Source: the human T2T-CHM13v2.0 reference genome, Homo sapiens. Taken from it: a stretch of DNA of 64,000 nucleotides. Both the position numbers and the translations under genes were made by a program. The notes under the pieces are model-generated. The model searched no databases and had not been told where the DNA came from. It worked only from the letters and a program-made list of their open reading frames with translations. The stretch lies in NCBI RefSeq assembly GCF_009914755.1, contig NC_060937.1; one strand, 5' to 3'. This document shows positions 52,426 to 64,000 of the stretch, one piece after another (position 1 is the first letter of the stretch; every line of letters starts with the position of its first letter).

Positions 52426-53185
52426 CTAACACCTTTTCTTGCTAAAAAAAGAAAAAAGAAAACAAAAATCTAAGCAATGTAGCAACAGAAGGTAACTGAC
52501 TAAATTCAGTAGAGGACATTGAAGGAAACCCTGAAGCTTACATTATACATCATTACAAAGTGAATGACCAAACTCTTTTCCCCAAAGGTTATGGAAAGAC
52601 AAGACAGACCATCCGCGTGCCTCATTACATCTATTTAATATTTTACGTAGCCAAATGAAGAATAACAGTTAACAGGAAAAGTAAAATACTTTTTATTAAA
52701 AAATAGCATGTTTGTCAACAAAAAAGAAAACCGAATGAAATTTTTTAAAAAACTAATAGAACTAATGTTTCTAGCATGTTTGCAGTATACAAGATAAATT
52801 TTGTTTATGTACAGAAATGTCAACTAGATATTAAAAATTAAAAAGTAAAAATTATAAACAACAAAAGTATAACCTATGTAGTGGCAAATGTAACAAATGA
52901 TGTGTACTGTATGTACACCAGAACCAATGGAGAGATATGTCATGCTCATATCTTGGAAATCTCAAAATTTTTAATGCCAGTTCTTCCCAAATTGATCTAA
53001 ATATTTTATATAATCCCAATAAAAATTACAGAACTCTTTTATGTAAAAATAAATTTATTCTAATCATTTTTATGGAAATTCAGAAAAATAAAATAGTCGT
53101 AAAACTTTGTAAAAAAAGAAAAAAGGGCTATTTTTTAATAAAGATTAATACTAACTCTACATTAGTCAGGACCCTGAGGTATTAG

Positions 53186-53546
<361 letters not shown>

Positions 53547-55199
53547 AGAGACATGATTTTTGACAAAGATAAGATGGCAATATGGTAAATAAAGGATAAT
53601 AATGTAAATGCATGGTGCCAGGAAAATCAAGTATCAATACAACAAATTTGCAAAAATTCTGAATAAAATAGATCACATAAAACCTAGTAGTTTAACACTT
53701 TTAGAAGAAAACACAGATGAGAAGAATACTATTGCTGCACTGGATTATGTGAAGATTTCTAAGATGCAACTCCAAAGTCTATAAAAAAGATGATAATTAA
53801 ATTTCATCAAAGTTTATATATCAAATAAAAGCTTATATAACAAAAAAGTTTCTGCTCTTCAGAAGATATAGTTAAGTGAATGAAGAAACAATTTCATGGA
53901 CACATACGTGTTAAAACTTATCAAAGTTTTGACATTTTACATATGAATGTAAGTCAAATGACAATAAAGCTAATCAACAAGTCATATAGAAAAAGGTATT
54001 ATTAAAAATGAAATTAAAAGTTTAACAATCCAGAAACCTCAGAAAAAAAGTTACAACTAGTAAATAATTCCAAAAAGTGCTGTCTTAGAAAACAAACAAG
54101 TTCAACTATGTAAAACATACTATATTAGATACTATTATTAAGTGGGAACAGGGGAAGCTCAGAGTAACAAGCAAGTATGAAGAAAGAAAGATAAGAATAA
54201 AATGCAGCATTTTGCTTCATTTTTGCAAACAAATTTGAGAACTTTAAAAAATGCCTTTCTTGAAAAATATACATAAACAAATTTAATCATTTGAATATAT
54301 GAAATAAATTGTACATCACGGATCAAATAGAAAATTGAAATTTACCCTTATTGTCATAATTCAAAATAAAATTGAATAAAAATTCAAATTGTGGTGTCAA
54401 TTATCCTGCTTATGTATAAATATACATTGTTGCCTTAAAAATATTGGCAAGATTTTTTTTAGAAGAAACATGTAAACTGACATTACTACCCTAATGTATA
54501 AGAAACAGGCAATTCTAGTCACAATTTAAAAAATATGATAAAGAGCTACTTGTAGCAGAAATTAGAAAAAATAAAATAGGTGAAAGATTAATAATAATTT
54601 TTGGTGTAGGAGGAGATGTGGATTTTAAGTGGAGCAAAATTCCTGTTAAGAAATACTGATCTATACTTATCAACATTTAATGTTCACATTGTTAATTATG
54701 AACATTTCAAGAATTTACCCTATATTTAGACATAAACACAATCGTGTAGTTATGCATGCAGATAGATAAATTGATAGGCATACAGATGACATTATCATTT
54801 CAGTAGTCTTCTTAAGAGCAAAGATTGTACAAAAACTAAATTTCTACCAAAAATAAAAGAGTTTAAAATATATATAGCAAAATAAAAGAACCAACATGCA
54901 GCTTTTCATATATTAAAAAAATTCATAAGTTACAGTAATTATATTACATTAACATATTTTAATCAGATGATTTAAATTATAATTTCTTCAGTTGTCATTG
55001 GAGATATATACCCATTAGAAATATATAAAATTAGGTGGATATAATTTTAAGTGAAAATTAAAATGCAGAAAAGTTTTATCGTAGGCAGTTATGAATCTAT
55101 ACCTAGATTTCTCTTAAATGATATACAGCATGAGTTCTAACAGTTCTCTGGGGTGCTGAATTATATGACTGTGGGACTGAGATAGACAAATTTATCATT

Positions 55200-56510
55200 T
55201 AAAAAATTTTGAGATTATGAAGTATTTCAAACTCAGAGAAGAGTATATGTAACATATATGTGCCTAAAATTATTTTTAAAAATTACACATACCCACATTT
55301 ATAAAAAAAATAAACACTTTTATAGTCTTCTCTATAACTCTCCAAAATTACATCTTTCTGCATTCCACCTAAATGGAGTTACTTACCTGGAATTTGTATT
55401 TATTACACCTTTGCTTTGCTTTATAGTTTTATCACATGTATGAGTCTCTAAACAGTATACTGCACAATATCATACATTTTTAGAAAATTGAATGAAAACA
55501 TATATATTCATTAGAGAATTGCTTTGTCATCTCAACACTGTAGCCTAATTAACGTCATTTTTTGCAACTATATTTTGTCTAATTACACTTTAGTTTTCTT
55601 TTAGGATGTTTGCTATTGCAGTTTTTGTTATGGTTGCTTTAGTTATTTTTTTTCTGCCTCACCCATTATCTTTATGCTCCTGTAATTCGTTATACAAAGA
55701 ATATCACAAGCAATGTATAGCCAGTCAATAACTTATGTTATTTTTTTTCCATAAGTTATTGGGGTACAGGTGGTATTTGGTTACATGAGTAAGTACTTCA
55801 ATGGTGATTCATGAAATTTTGGTGCACCCATCACCTGAGCAGTATACATAGCACCATATTTGTAGTCTTTTATCCCTCGCCCCCTCCCACTCTTCCCCCT
55901 AAGTCCCCAAAGTCCGTTGTATCATTCTTATGCCTTTCCATCCTCATAGTTTAGCTCCCACGTATCAGTTAGAACATATGATGTTTGGTTTTCCATTCCT
56001 GATTTATGAACATCATTATACATGTCTTTGAGGAACATGTTAAGGAAGTATATTTTTAGTAGTGCTTCTGACTGTAAGGTACAAGCCAACTGACATCTAC
56101 TAGAGAACTGAACAGTTTTCTTAATGCAGTTGTATTGGTGTATACTCCATTTCTAATTTATGAAGCAGAATTTTGTAAACAATCTCAACAAAAGTTCTAA
56201 TTAATAATTTTTTTAAATCTTGCCAACATGGTGACTCTAAAGTTATATATTGAGTAATTTTCATTTCTATTTTTCTGGTTATTCAAAGGTTGAGCACATT
56301 TTCATATGTATGGCAGTCACATATGTTATCTTTTAAATTGGTTTCCTTTTTATTGATTTCTTGATCACTGCTTGAAGATTAAATTATAAATATCTCTCAA
56401 GTTTTTGATTTACCTTTTGATTTCATGGTATATTTTTATTTATAAGCCAAAGTTCTCAGTTTTAATGAGTTCAATTTTAACAATATTTTCCATATGATTT
56501 TTGTCCTTTG
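55200..56510 (-). mobile_element. L1ME-like 3' remnants
   Basis: Degenerate antisense L1 3' motifs (GGTTGAGCACATTTTCATATG). Confidence 0.5.
55738..56003 (-). mobile_element. L1PB1-like 3' end
   Basis: TTTTCCATAAGTTATTGGGGTACAGGTGGTATTTGGTTACATGAGTAAG...CCATTCCTGA. Confidence 0.85.
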
Positions 56511-58039
56511 TATCACAATGGAATTGTAATCTAGAATGGCATATCCAGAAAATACAAGGCCAAAAAAGAGCCATTTATTCTTAATAAAATCTCATTATCA
56601 TTCACTAGTGACAGAACTTCATTAAAGAGTTTTTAAAGATCTACTTCAGAAATAAGGCCGATAGGTCTGTAAAAACAGTGCACCAAGAGCCTATGGACCA
56701 CCTAGATAAGGCAAATTATTAGTGAGTTTTCAAAATTCTGACAACAATCCATATATAGTATATTCTGTTGGAAAATATGATAAATCTGGATATGCAAATT
56801 GAGAGGTAGACCATCTTAATTAAAACGTTTTCAGTTTATTTTGTTGTTCAGAAAGAGAACAAAGATTATGACATATTTTATACTTTCCTATTTTAAACAG
56901 GAAAGTTAACTGTTCAGTGTAATCACTGAAGTACAGAAACATTCCAAATTTGTAGAATAAAAATAATAATAATTAGAAAAACTTCCCTGCCCAAAGAAGA
57001 AAACACAGAAGGAGGTAAATATGCACTGTAATTAGGGCAAATATGTAACACAAAGGTAGATAGAATAGGTAAATCTAAGTACCTATATACATGCAAAGGT
57101 CATTATTTGAATTTCATAAATTAAAATTCAATCTTTCAGGAACTCTTTATTGATCATTAAGCTCTGAGAAAGAAGTCATTGGATCCAATTCAGTGGCAAG
57201 TCATTAAATAATTCTGATAATAATAATAATAAACCAGCATCACAGTGTTCAGTGACTACTTCACATCCTCAACAGAGCTATCAAGGACTGAATGAATATT
57301 AAAACTGAATAACACAGTAACTCCTAGAATTGGCCCCTTAGGTTTATGGTTGACTGAGCTTTAAATTGCCTACATTCTATTGACTATTTAATTCTCTCAG
57401 TCAATTGATAAATAAAATACTTTAGTCATCAGAGCTGTTAATCCACTTTCATGACACTTGCTTTTCGCCAAACATTAGATTAGCTCTTTTTGTTTTTTGA
57501 ATTTAAGACTCAGTTCAAGCCAAATTGAGTTTATGTTATTACAAATTGTCAGGCATGACTTCACCTGGGAAATGTGAGGATTTTTGTGGAATAAACAGCA
57601 CTTTCTAAAATCAACAAAGAACAATATGATTTGTGTCAGCATAGTGAAATGGTTATATACTTCCTGTGGAATATAATCGTATCAAAACAAAATACTTGAA
57701 AGATACTATTTTATAACTATCAATGATTAGTTGAATTTATTCTGACTGGGCCACATCTTTCTAGTAACCACAAATCAGTGTATCTATGTCATATTTATAT
57801 TTAATATAAATTATTTAATTTTTGTAATATATGTAAGTGGGTTTTTTGGTTTCTATGTTTTCCCTATTTCCCTCCCCCACAGTAATTTAACAAGAGTCTA
57901 TAAATCAAAATGAAAAATAGACATATTTTAATTTTTTATGCTGTTTGTTTGTGATTTTTTATATAATAAGCTATAAACCATACAAATTTAAGAAATAGAG
58001 AATATACAGAAAAAAAATTACACATAATCACAGCATCCC

Positions 58040-58203
58040 AATAACACATAACCCCAGTTCCAGACAGCCCTTCCTGATGGCCTGCTGTATGGATTTTGGA
58101 TTTGTTTTGCCATCTACCACAATCACATAAAACAATTATTTGCAATAAATCTCTAAATACATATCTCCTACAGGTTCTGTTTCTCTTGTAGAATCCTGAG
58201 ACA
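58040..58203 (+). mobile_element. ERVL-type LTR 3' part (MLT2-like)
   Basis: CACAATCAC...AATAAATCTCT...GGTTCTGTTTCTCT..AGAATCCTGA. Confidence 0.55.
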
Positions 58204-58244
58204 TCAATTACACCTCTTTATAATGGTTTCTCTAGAGAATACAA

Positions 58245-59842
58245 TGTAGTAATGGCAGCAGCAGCCCATTTTGGAGTGGGCTGCCATGATGCCGGCTGCA
58301 ATGGGGAAGTCACAGCCAGGGCTGCCCACTCCATGGAGGCAGGTTAGAGGAAGACCCAGGAACAGACAGAAGCCCCGCCCCCTTCCAAGCCACGCCCTTC
58401 CAGGCACAGCTGCAGCTGCCCAGCCACAGGGGTATCTCTGCACTCTCAGGCCCAGGAAGCACTCTGTCCCCATAGGCTCAGAGTTGCCTGCTCCTGCTGC
58501 TCGGCCACTCCCTGCTCCCAGTGCTCACTCTGTTTTCAGAGCAAAGATGAAGCCAAGCTTGGGTATTGTCACAACCTGGCTGGATGTGCATGCACTTGGG
58601 ACAGTGCTGACACACCAGTCCCCTACCACTTCAGCCCCTTCTGGACTTTGGGAGCCCACTAGCATGGGAGGGAGGCCAAGGCAGGGCTGAGGGCAGCTCA
58701 TCATGGACCTGCAGCCATCCCTCACCACGAATATCCTGGGCTTCGGGGATGGCAGGTTGATGTCCATGGGAGACAGAGAAGCTCCTGGGCAGAAAGGGGT
58801 GGATCCCAGCGAAGGCCCACCTTCAGACCAGGGATGGTCTTGAGCATGGGGTCTGGGCTGTCAACTCTGTGGACTGGAGTGAGAACTTATAGTGCTTTTT
58901 CTGGACCTGTTCATAACTGCCCATGGACCAATCAGCACACACTTCCTACCCTCTGAAGCCCATAAAAACCCTGGATTCAGCCAGATGCAGGCAGATATCA
59001 GGAGGACCTGTCTGCAGAGAGGAGCTACCCACTATGGGTCTCCTCTCAGCTCAGAGCTGGGCAGACGTTGCGATGACATGCCTGCGGATAGGAACTACCT
59101 GCTCTGGATCTCCTCTCTGCTCAGGCCTGCATTTGTTGGGATGACCTCTCTATGGAAAGGATCTACCTACTTTGAGTCTCCTGAGAGCTGTACTATCACT
59201 CAGTAAAGCACCTCTTTACCTTACTCACCATTCAGTTGTCCATATATCTCATTGTTCCTGGTTATGGGACAAGAACTCTGGACCCACTGAATAGTGGGAC
59301 TGAAAGAATTGTAACACAAACAGTGATGAAACATGCCCGTCATTCACCATATTGTGGGTGACAAGAAGGAGAAAAGAGAGGAGGAGAGAAAAGCTGTGGG
59401 ACTTCAGGGACCCCAGATAGGAGCTCCCCGAACCAGGGTGGTGATACCAGCCTTGGGGCTCTGTGGTTCCTGGTATCTCCAAGCTTCTGGACACTACTGT
59501 GTTTCTTGGTGCCTGAAGTGGAAGCTGCCTGGTCCGGCCACAGCCTTGCAGGGAGCCAGCACCCATGCTGGTGCCTGGAGCTGCCTGCCCTGCCACAGCT
59601 GTTGTGCCTGGCTGTGCGCAGTGGCAGGACTCTGTGCATGCTCGCTCACTCACCCCTCTCCACTCTGTGCCTGGCTCGCCCTTGGCAGTTGTGGGATCTG
59701 GGCTGGTAGCATGAGCCAAGTGCAGCTTGCCAGGCCAAGTGGGTGGAATAAGCCCAATAGGCCCAAGCAAAACTCAGGCAAAGGCACCACCAGCCACACA
59801 GGCTTCTGGCTGGTGAAGAGACACCCCAAGGAACCTGTGACA
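58245..59842 (+). mobile_element. MER52-like ERV1 solo LTR (~1.6 kb, GC-rich)
   Basis: TG...CA ends; GCTGCCATGATGCCGGCTGCA, CCCATGGACCAATCAGCA, CATAAAAACCC, AGTAAAGC. Confidence 0.85.
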
Positions 59843-62800
59843 GTATGCTTTTACCTAATCTATATTCACCTTCTAATAACAGTATTCCATTCTAGGTACC
59901 TTATATAACATAATTCCAGTTTATTTTGCGTATTACTTATGACATTGCTGTCACTCATATTACATGTTTAAATGCAACAATCACTCAATGGAGTGTTATT
60001 GTTACAACATTAATATCTCCTTAGAGAGGCCTTATCTTACAGTTCCTTCCACTGTAATCCACTGTTATATTAGAGTCCTGTTGTAATGTAAAGTTATAGG
60101 GGAAAAATGGCTTTATATTTTTATTGTTAAACCTCGTTCTTTTGGCATGTTTCTCTGGGCTGTGAACTTTTCAAATGTTTATCAGCTATTTTTTTCCCTG
60201 TAAGTTAGACATGAAGGCTAGAGTACACTGTATTAGGAAAAACACTTTTTGTTTTTGTTTTTCATGCTTGAATAAGACTCTGTCAAAGTCTTTTCCACTG
60301 GAATATAAAGCTTTGTTATGAAGAAAGTTCTAGGTGTATTTAATAATGATCCGGCTTTCTCCCCTGATTCTGCTAAAGTGAGCTCTGAGGAACATTTCAC
60401 TGTGAGAATATAATGGAGTTCTTCTTGATAAATCCGACAAAATTGTGTGGCTTCCTCGCAAAACTGCAGGGCCAGGGAGTTTCTTATTCTCATCCTAGTT
60501 CAAACTCTACCTGCAGAAGTTAATCAAATTTTGCATTTTAGGTTTCTGTTCAATCCACAGCTTCTTCTCCAGGTAAACAGATCTCAGTTGTGACTCTCTT
60601 TGATCCTCCTGTTTCTCCAGTTTTAGAGGTGATGGTTTATTGGGCATTCTGAGTTCTCTAATGGGCTCAAAAATAACCTGTTTGTTTTTCTGTTTTTCTT
60701 AGGTTTTTCTTGCTGAAAGAATGTGAGTGATGACTTCAAAAATTTTTACACACGGACCTGAAACTGCAAGTCTCATATTATCTATTTTATGGCTTGAGAA
60801 TATTTCATAGTATCCCATTTCATTCCTGATATTGTTGATTTAAATATTTGTTTTAATCTTTATTTAACTTGCTGGAAGTTTATCAACTTCACTGATATTA
60901 TTGAAGAACAAACTTTTTGTCATTGATTTCTCTATTGCTTTCCTGATTCCAACACCATTGATTTCTGTTCTTTATTATTTTCTATGTTTGACTTGATTTG
61001 TGTTTATTTTGCTCTTCTTTTTCTAGTTTCTTGAAGTAGAAACTTAGATGATTGATTTTATAACTTTCTATTTAACCATTAATTGCTACAAATTTTCTTC
61101 AACTTTGCTTTTTGCATCCCACAATCTTTGTTGTGTTTTTATTTTTGCTGTTCTGAGTATTTTTTCATGTTCCTTAAAATTTCCTCATTGATTCTTGCAT
61201 TATTTAAAAGTATGTTGTTGAATTTCCAAGTGTTTAGAGCTTTTCCTGTTGTCTCTCTGTTATTGATTTCTAATTAGATTCAATTGTCAGAGATTTAAAT
61301 GAAAATACTTTATATAATTTTAATTATTTAAAACTGATCAGATTTTTTATATGACTCAGTATGAGATCTATCTTGGTCAATTATTTATTCCACAGGCACT
61401 TGAATGTGTGTTCAGTTATTGTTGGGTACAGTGTTCTGTAAATGTTAATGTAATTATGTTAATTGATGATACTGTTCATTTCAACCATGTCTTTACTGAA
61501 TGACTATCAGTATTTCTATCCTTTGTTGAAATTCCCAACTATAATTGTGGCTTTGTCTATTTTTCCTTTCACCTTTATTATTATTTTTCCTAATTTGTTT
61601 TGAAATTCTGTTTTTAGTGTATATATGCTTAGAATTGCTACCTCTTTTTGGTGGATTATTTTATAAATGTTTAATATTCCTCTTTTTTCCTGGTAATTTT
61701 CTTTTTAAATCTAATATTTTATATTTATATTTAGTCATATTTTATCTAATATTAATTTGCATAATATAGCTATTTTCCATTATTTTACTTTCAAATCACA
61801 TATGTCATTATGTTTAACATGAGCTTCTTGTAAGTAGCAGAGATTTCATTCATCTTTAAAAATCTGCTCTACCAACTTGTATTTTAATGGATGTACTTAT
61901 TTACATTTAAATCTATTATTTTTAATCTAGGTCTTTAGTCTACCATTTTATAACTTTTTTCTGCTTCTTTCATCTATTGTCCATTACTCTTTTTCATTAT
62001 TCTCACATTTCTTTGAAATACTTAAACACATTTTAGTTTCATTTTAATTAATTTATTTATTTTTATTGTATCACTTGATGTATTTGGCTTAGTGGTTGCT
62101 CTCTATATAGTCATATACAGGTTTAACTTATTACAGACTATTGATGTTAATGTTTTACTTATTCAAGTGAAGTGTTGAAATCTTTTCATTTTTGTTCATT
62201 TCTCTTTCCCATTTAAAAAACAATTGGCAAGTCTTTCCGCAACATATATTGAGTACACATCAGTTAGCATCATAGCTTTTCCTTCAACTCTAACATATGA
62301 TTTAAAAATCTCAGGAGGAGAATAGTCTGTTATGTTTACAGACTCGTTACCTATTTTATTGTTCTTTCATTTCTGAAGTTTACAGCCTTATTCTATTTTC
62401 GTTTTATTTCTGTTTCTTGAGCTTCCTATTGCCATTTTAAGGATAGTTTTGCTAGCAACAAATTCTTTTTTTTCCTGCTGTCTGATAATGTCTTTATTTA
62501 TTTACTTTTTCATTGCTAAAGGATAGTTTCACTGGATATAGGATTTTGAGTTGACAGTTCTTTTATTGCAGCACCAAAAGACATCATGTCAATTCCTTCT
62601 GAACTCCTTTGTTTCAGATGAGAAATCGGCTGTAGTTCAATTTGGTATTCCTTTTTAAGCAATGACTTATTTCTTATTCTCTTTATAAAAAATAATTTTT
62701 GTCTTTGCAGATATTTCCTTATTATGTGATTTATTCTGCTTTTCTTTGGGCTTATTCTTGATGGAAACGTAATCTGTTATGAAATTTACTCAGCTTCCTG

Positions 62801-63140
62801 TATTTACAAATTTATGTTTCCCCAAATTTAGGAAGTTTTCAGCCATTATTTCATTAAATACCTTTTGAACTTTGTGCTTTTTCTCTTTCCTTCTAAGAAT
62901 ATTGATGGTAAGAATGTTAGATTTTTTTTTTTATTTTCCTGTAGATCCCTGAGATCAGCTCATGAGTTGTCTGAAAATTTATTGTCTATATTTTTTCAGA
63001 CAGAGTGAATTATATTAATTTGTTATCAACCATAGTAATTCTACCTTTTTTATTTCCATTCAATCATTCAACTGTCGAGGCTACACGCAAGATTTTTTTT
63101 TACTGATTTTTGTTAATTTAAGTTTCATATTTTCATGTAG
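59843..63140 (-). mobile_element. Old L1M fragments (5' region; ORF2 EN to ORF1)
   Basis: Antisense L1 motifs e.g. GTTGAATTTCCAAGTGTTT, TTTCAGATGAGAAATC, AAATTTAGGAAGTTTTCAGCCATTATT. Confidence 0.7.
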
Positions 63141-63149
63141 TGCTTTAAT

Positions 63150-64000
63150 TTAAAATCAAACTGTTTATTCTGAGATAATTACAGATTCACATGCATTTGT
63201 CAGAAATAGTACAAAGACATTTTATATACTCTTTTCCCAGGATTCTACAATATTTGTACCTTGCAAAACTGGTACACTATCACAACAAGAATGTTGACAT
63301 TGGACAAAGTACAAACATTTCAATTACCAAACCGATTTTTAGATTGCCCTTTTATGTGTCCAATTCCTTCACACTCCCACTCCCTCTTCAAACCTCTTCA
63401 AGCATTCATTTTTATAATTTCATGATTTCCATTTGTGATTTTGTCATTGAGTGTTTGACCTTTTAAAACTGGTGATTATACTCAGCATAATTCACTAGAA
63501 ATTTGTTTTTTTTTCCTTTGCTAATTCTAGGTTGTTGCATAGATTAGTCCTTGTTTCCTTTTTATTGATGAGAAATGTTCCATGTTTTTTATGTACCAGA
63601 GTTAAACAATTCATTCACTGAAAGACCTCTGAGTTGTTTACAGTTTTTGGCTTTTGTTAATAAAGCTAGTATAGACATTTGTTTATGGGATATTTGTAAA
63701 CATAAATTTTTCATTTTGCTAGGATAAATGCCCAGAAAAGTATTTACTGTGATGTATGGTAAAGTCATACTTAACTTTTTAAGAAGCTGCCAAAATGTCT
63801 TGTAGATTATCAGTATAATTTTATATTCCTATTAGCAATGTATGAGAGATCTTACTAATCTTCACCAGCATTTGATGTCATCACTTTTTAAAGCTATTCT
63901 GCCAAGCATGTACTGATATCTTGTTGTAATTTTATTTCCATGGCCTTAAGTGCTACTGAGATTGAACATATTTTCATGTGTTTATTTACCATGTGTGTAC
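63150..64000 (-). mobile_element. L1MC-like 3' end running off the window
   Basis: TTTATTCTGAGATAATTACAGATTCACATGCA...GCTAGGATAAATGCCCAG. Confidence 0.75.

Noticed and set aside
58204-59908. Cluster of overlapping 67-191-aa ORFs
   Set aside because: All lie in the GC-rich MER52-like LTR where stops are scarce; no recognisable domain

Overview
Eukaryotic, AT-rich, CpG-depleted primate genomic DNA (AluJ/S/Y plus an SVA2 element point to a catarrhine, most likely human or great ape). It looks like an intergenic or deep intronic region made mostly of transposable-element remnants: old L1M/L1PB LINEs, L2/MIR, about 12 Alus, MaLR LTRs including one two-LTR element, ERV1 solo LTRs (MER4/MER67/MER50/MER52-like) and DNA transposons (MER5, MER3/33, Tigger1, Tigger4). 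I can support no protein-coding gene; the listed ORFs are repeat-derived or chance. There is no prokaryotic-type system or CRISPR array, and I found no convincing previously undescribed biological system. The most notable observations are: (1) a tailless retrocopy of a 5' tRNA-Gly(GCC) half, ending at the anticodon and flanked by a perfect 18-bp TSD; (2) a rare SVA2 (VNTR plus unique 3' end) insertion; (3) a three-copy ~140-bp tandem repeat carrying forkhead sites, whose junctions create RORE motifs; (4) an unexplained 73-bp direct repeat 1.44 kb apart; (5) an LTR interrupted by ~365 bp of apparently captured DNA without a TSD. Subfamily names and boundaries of old repeats were called by eye from remembered consensus sequences and need RepeatMasker/Dfam confirmation.
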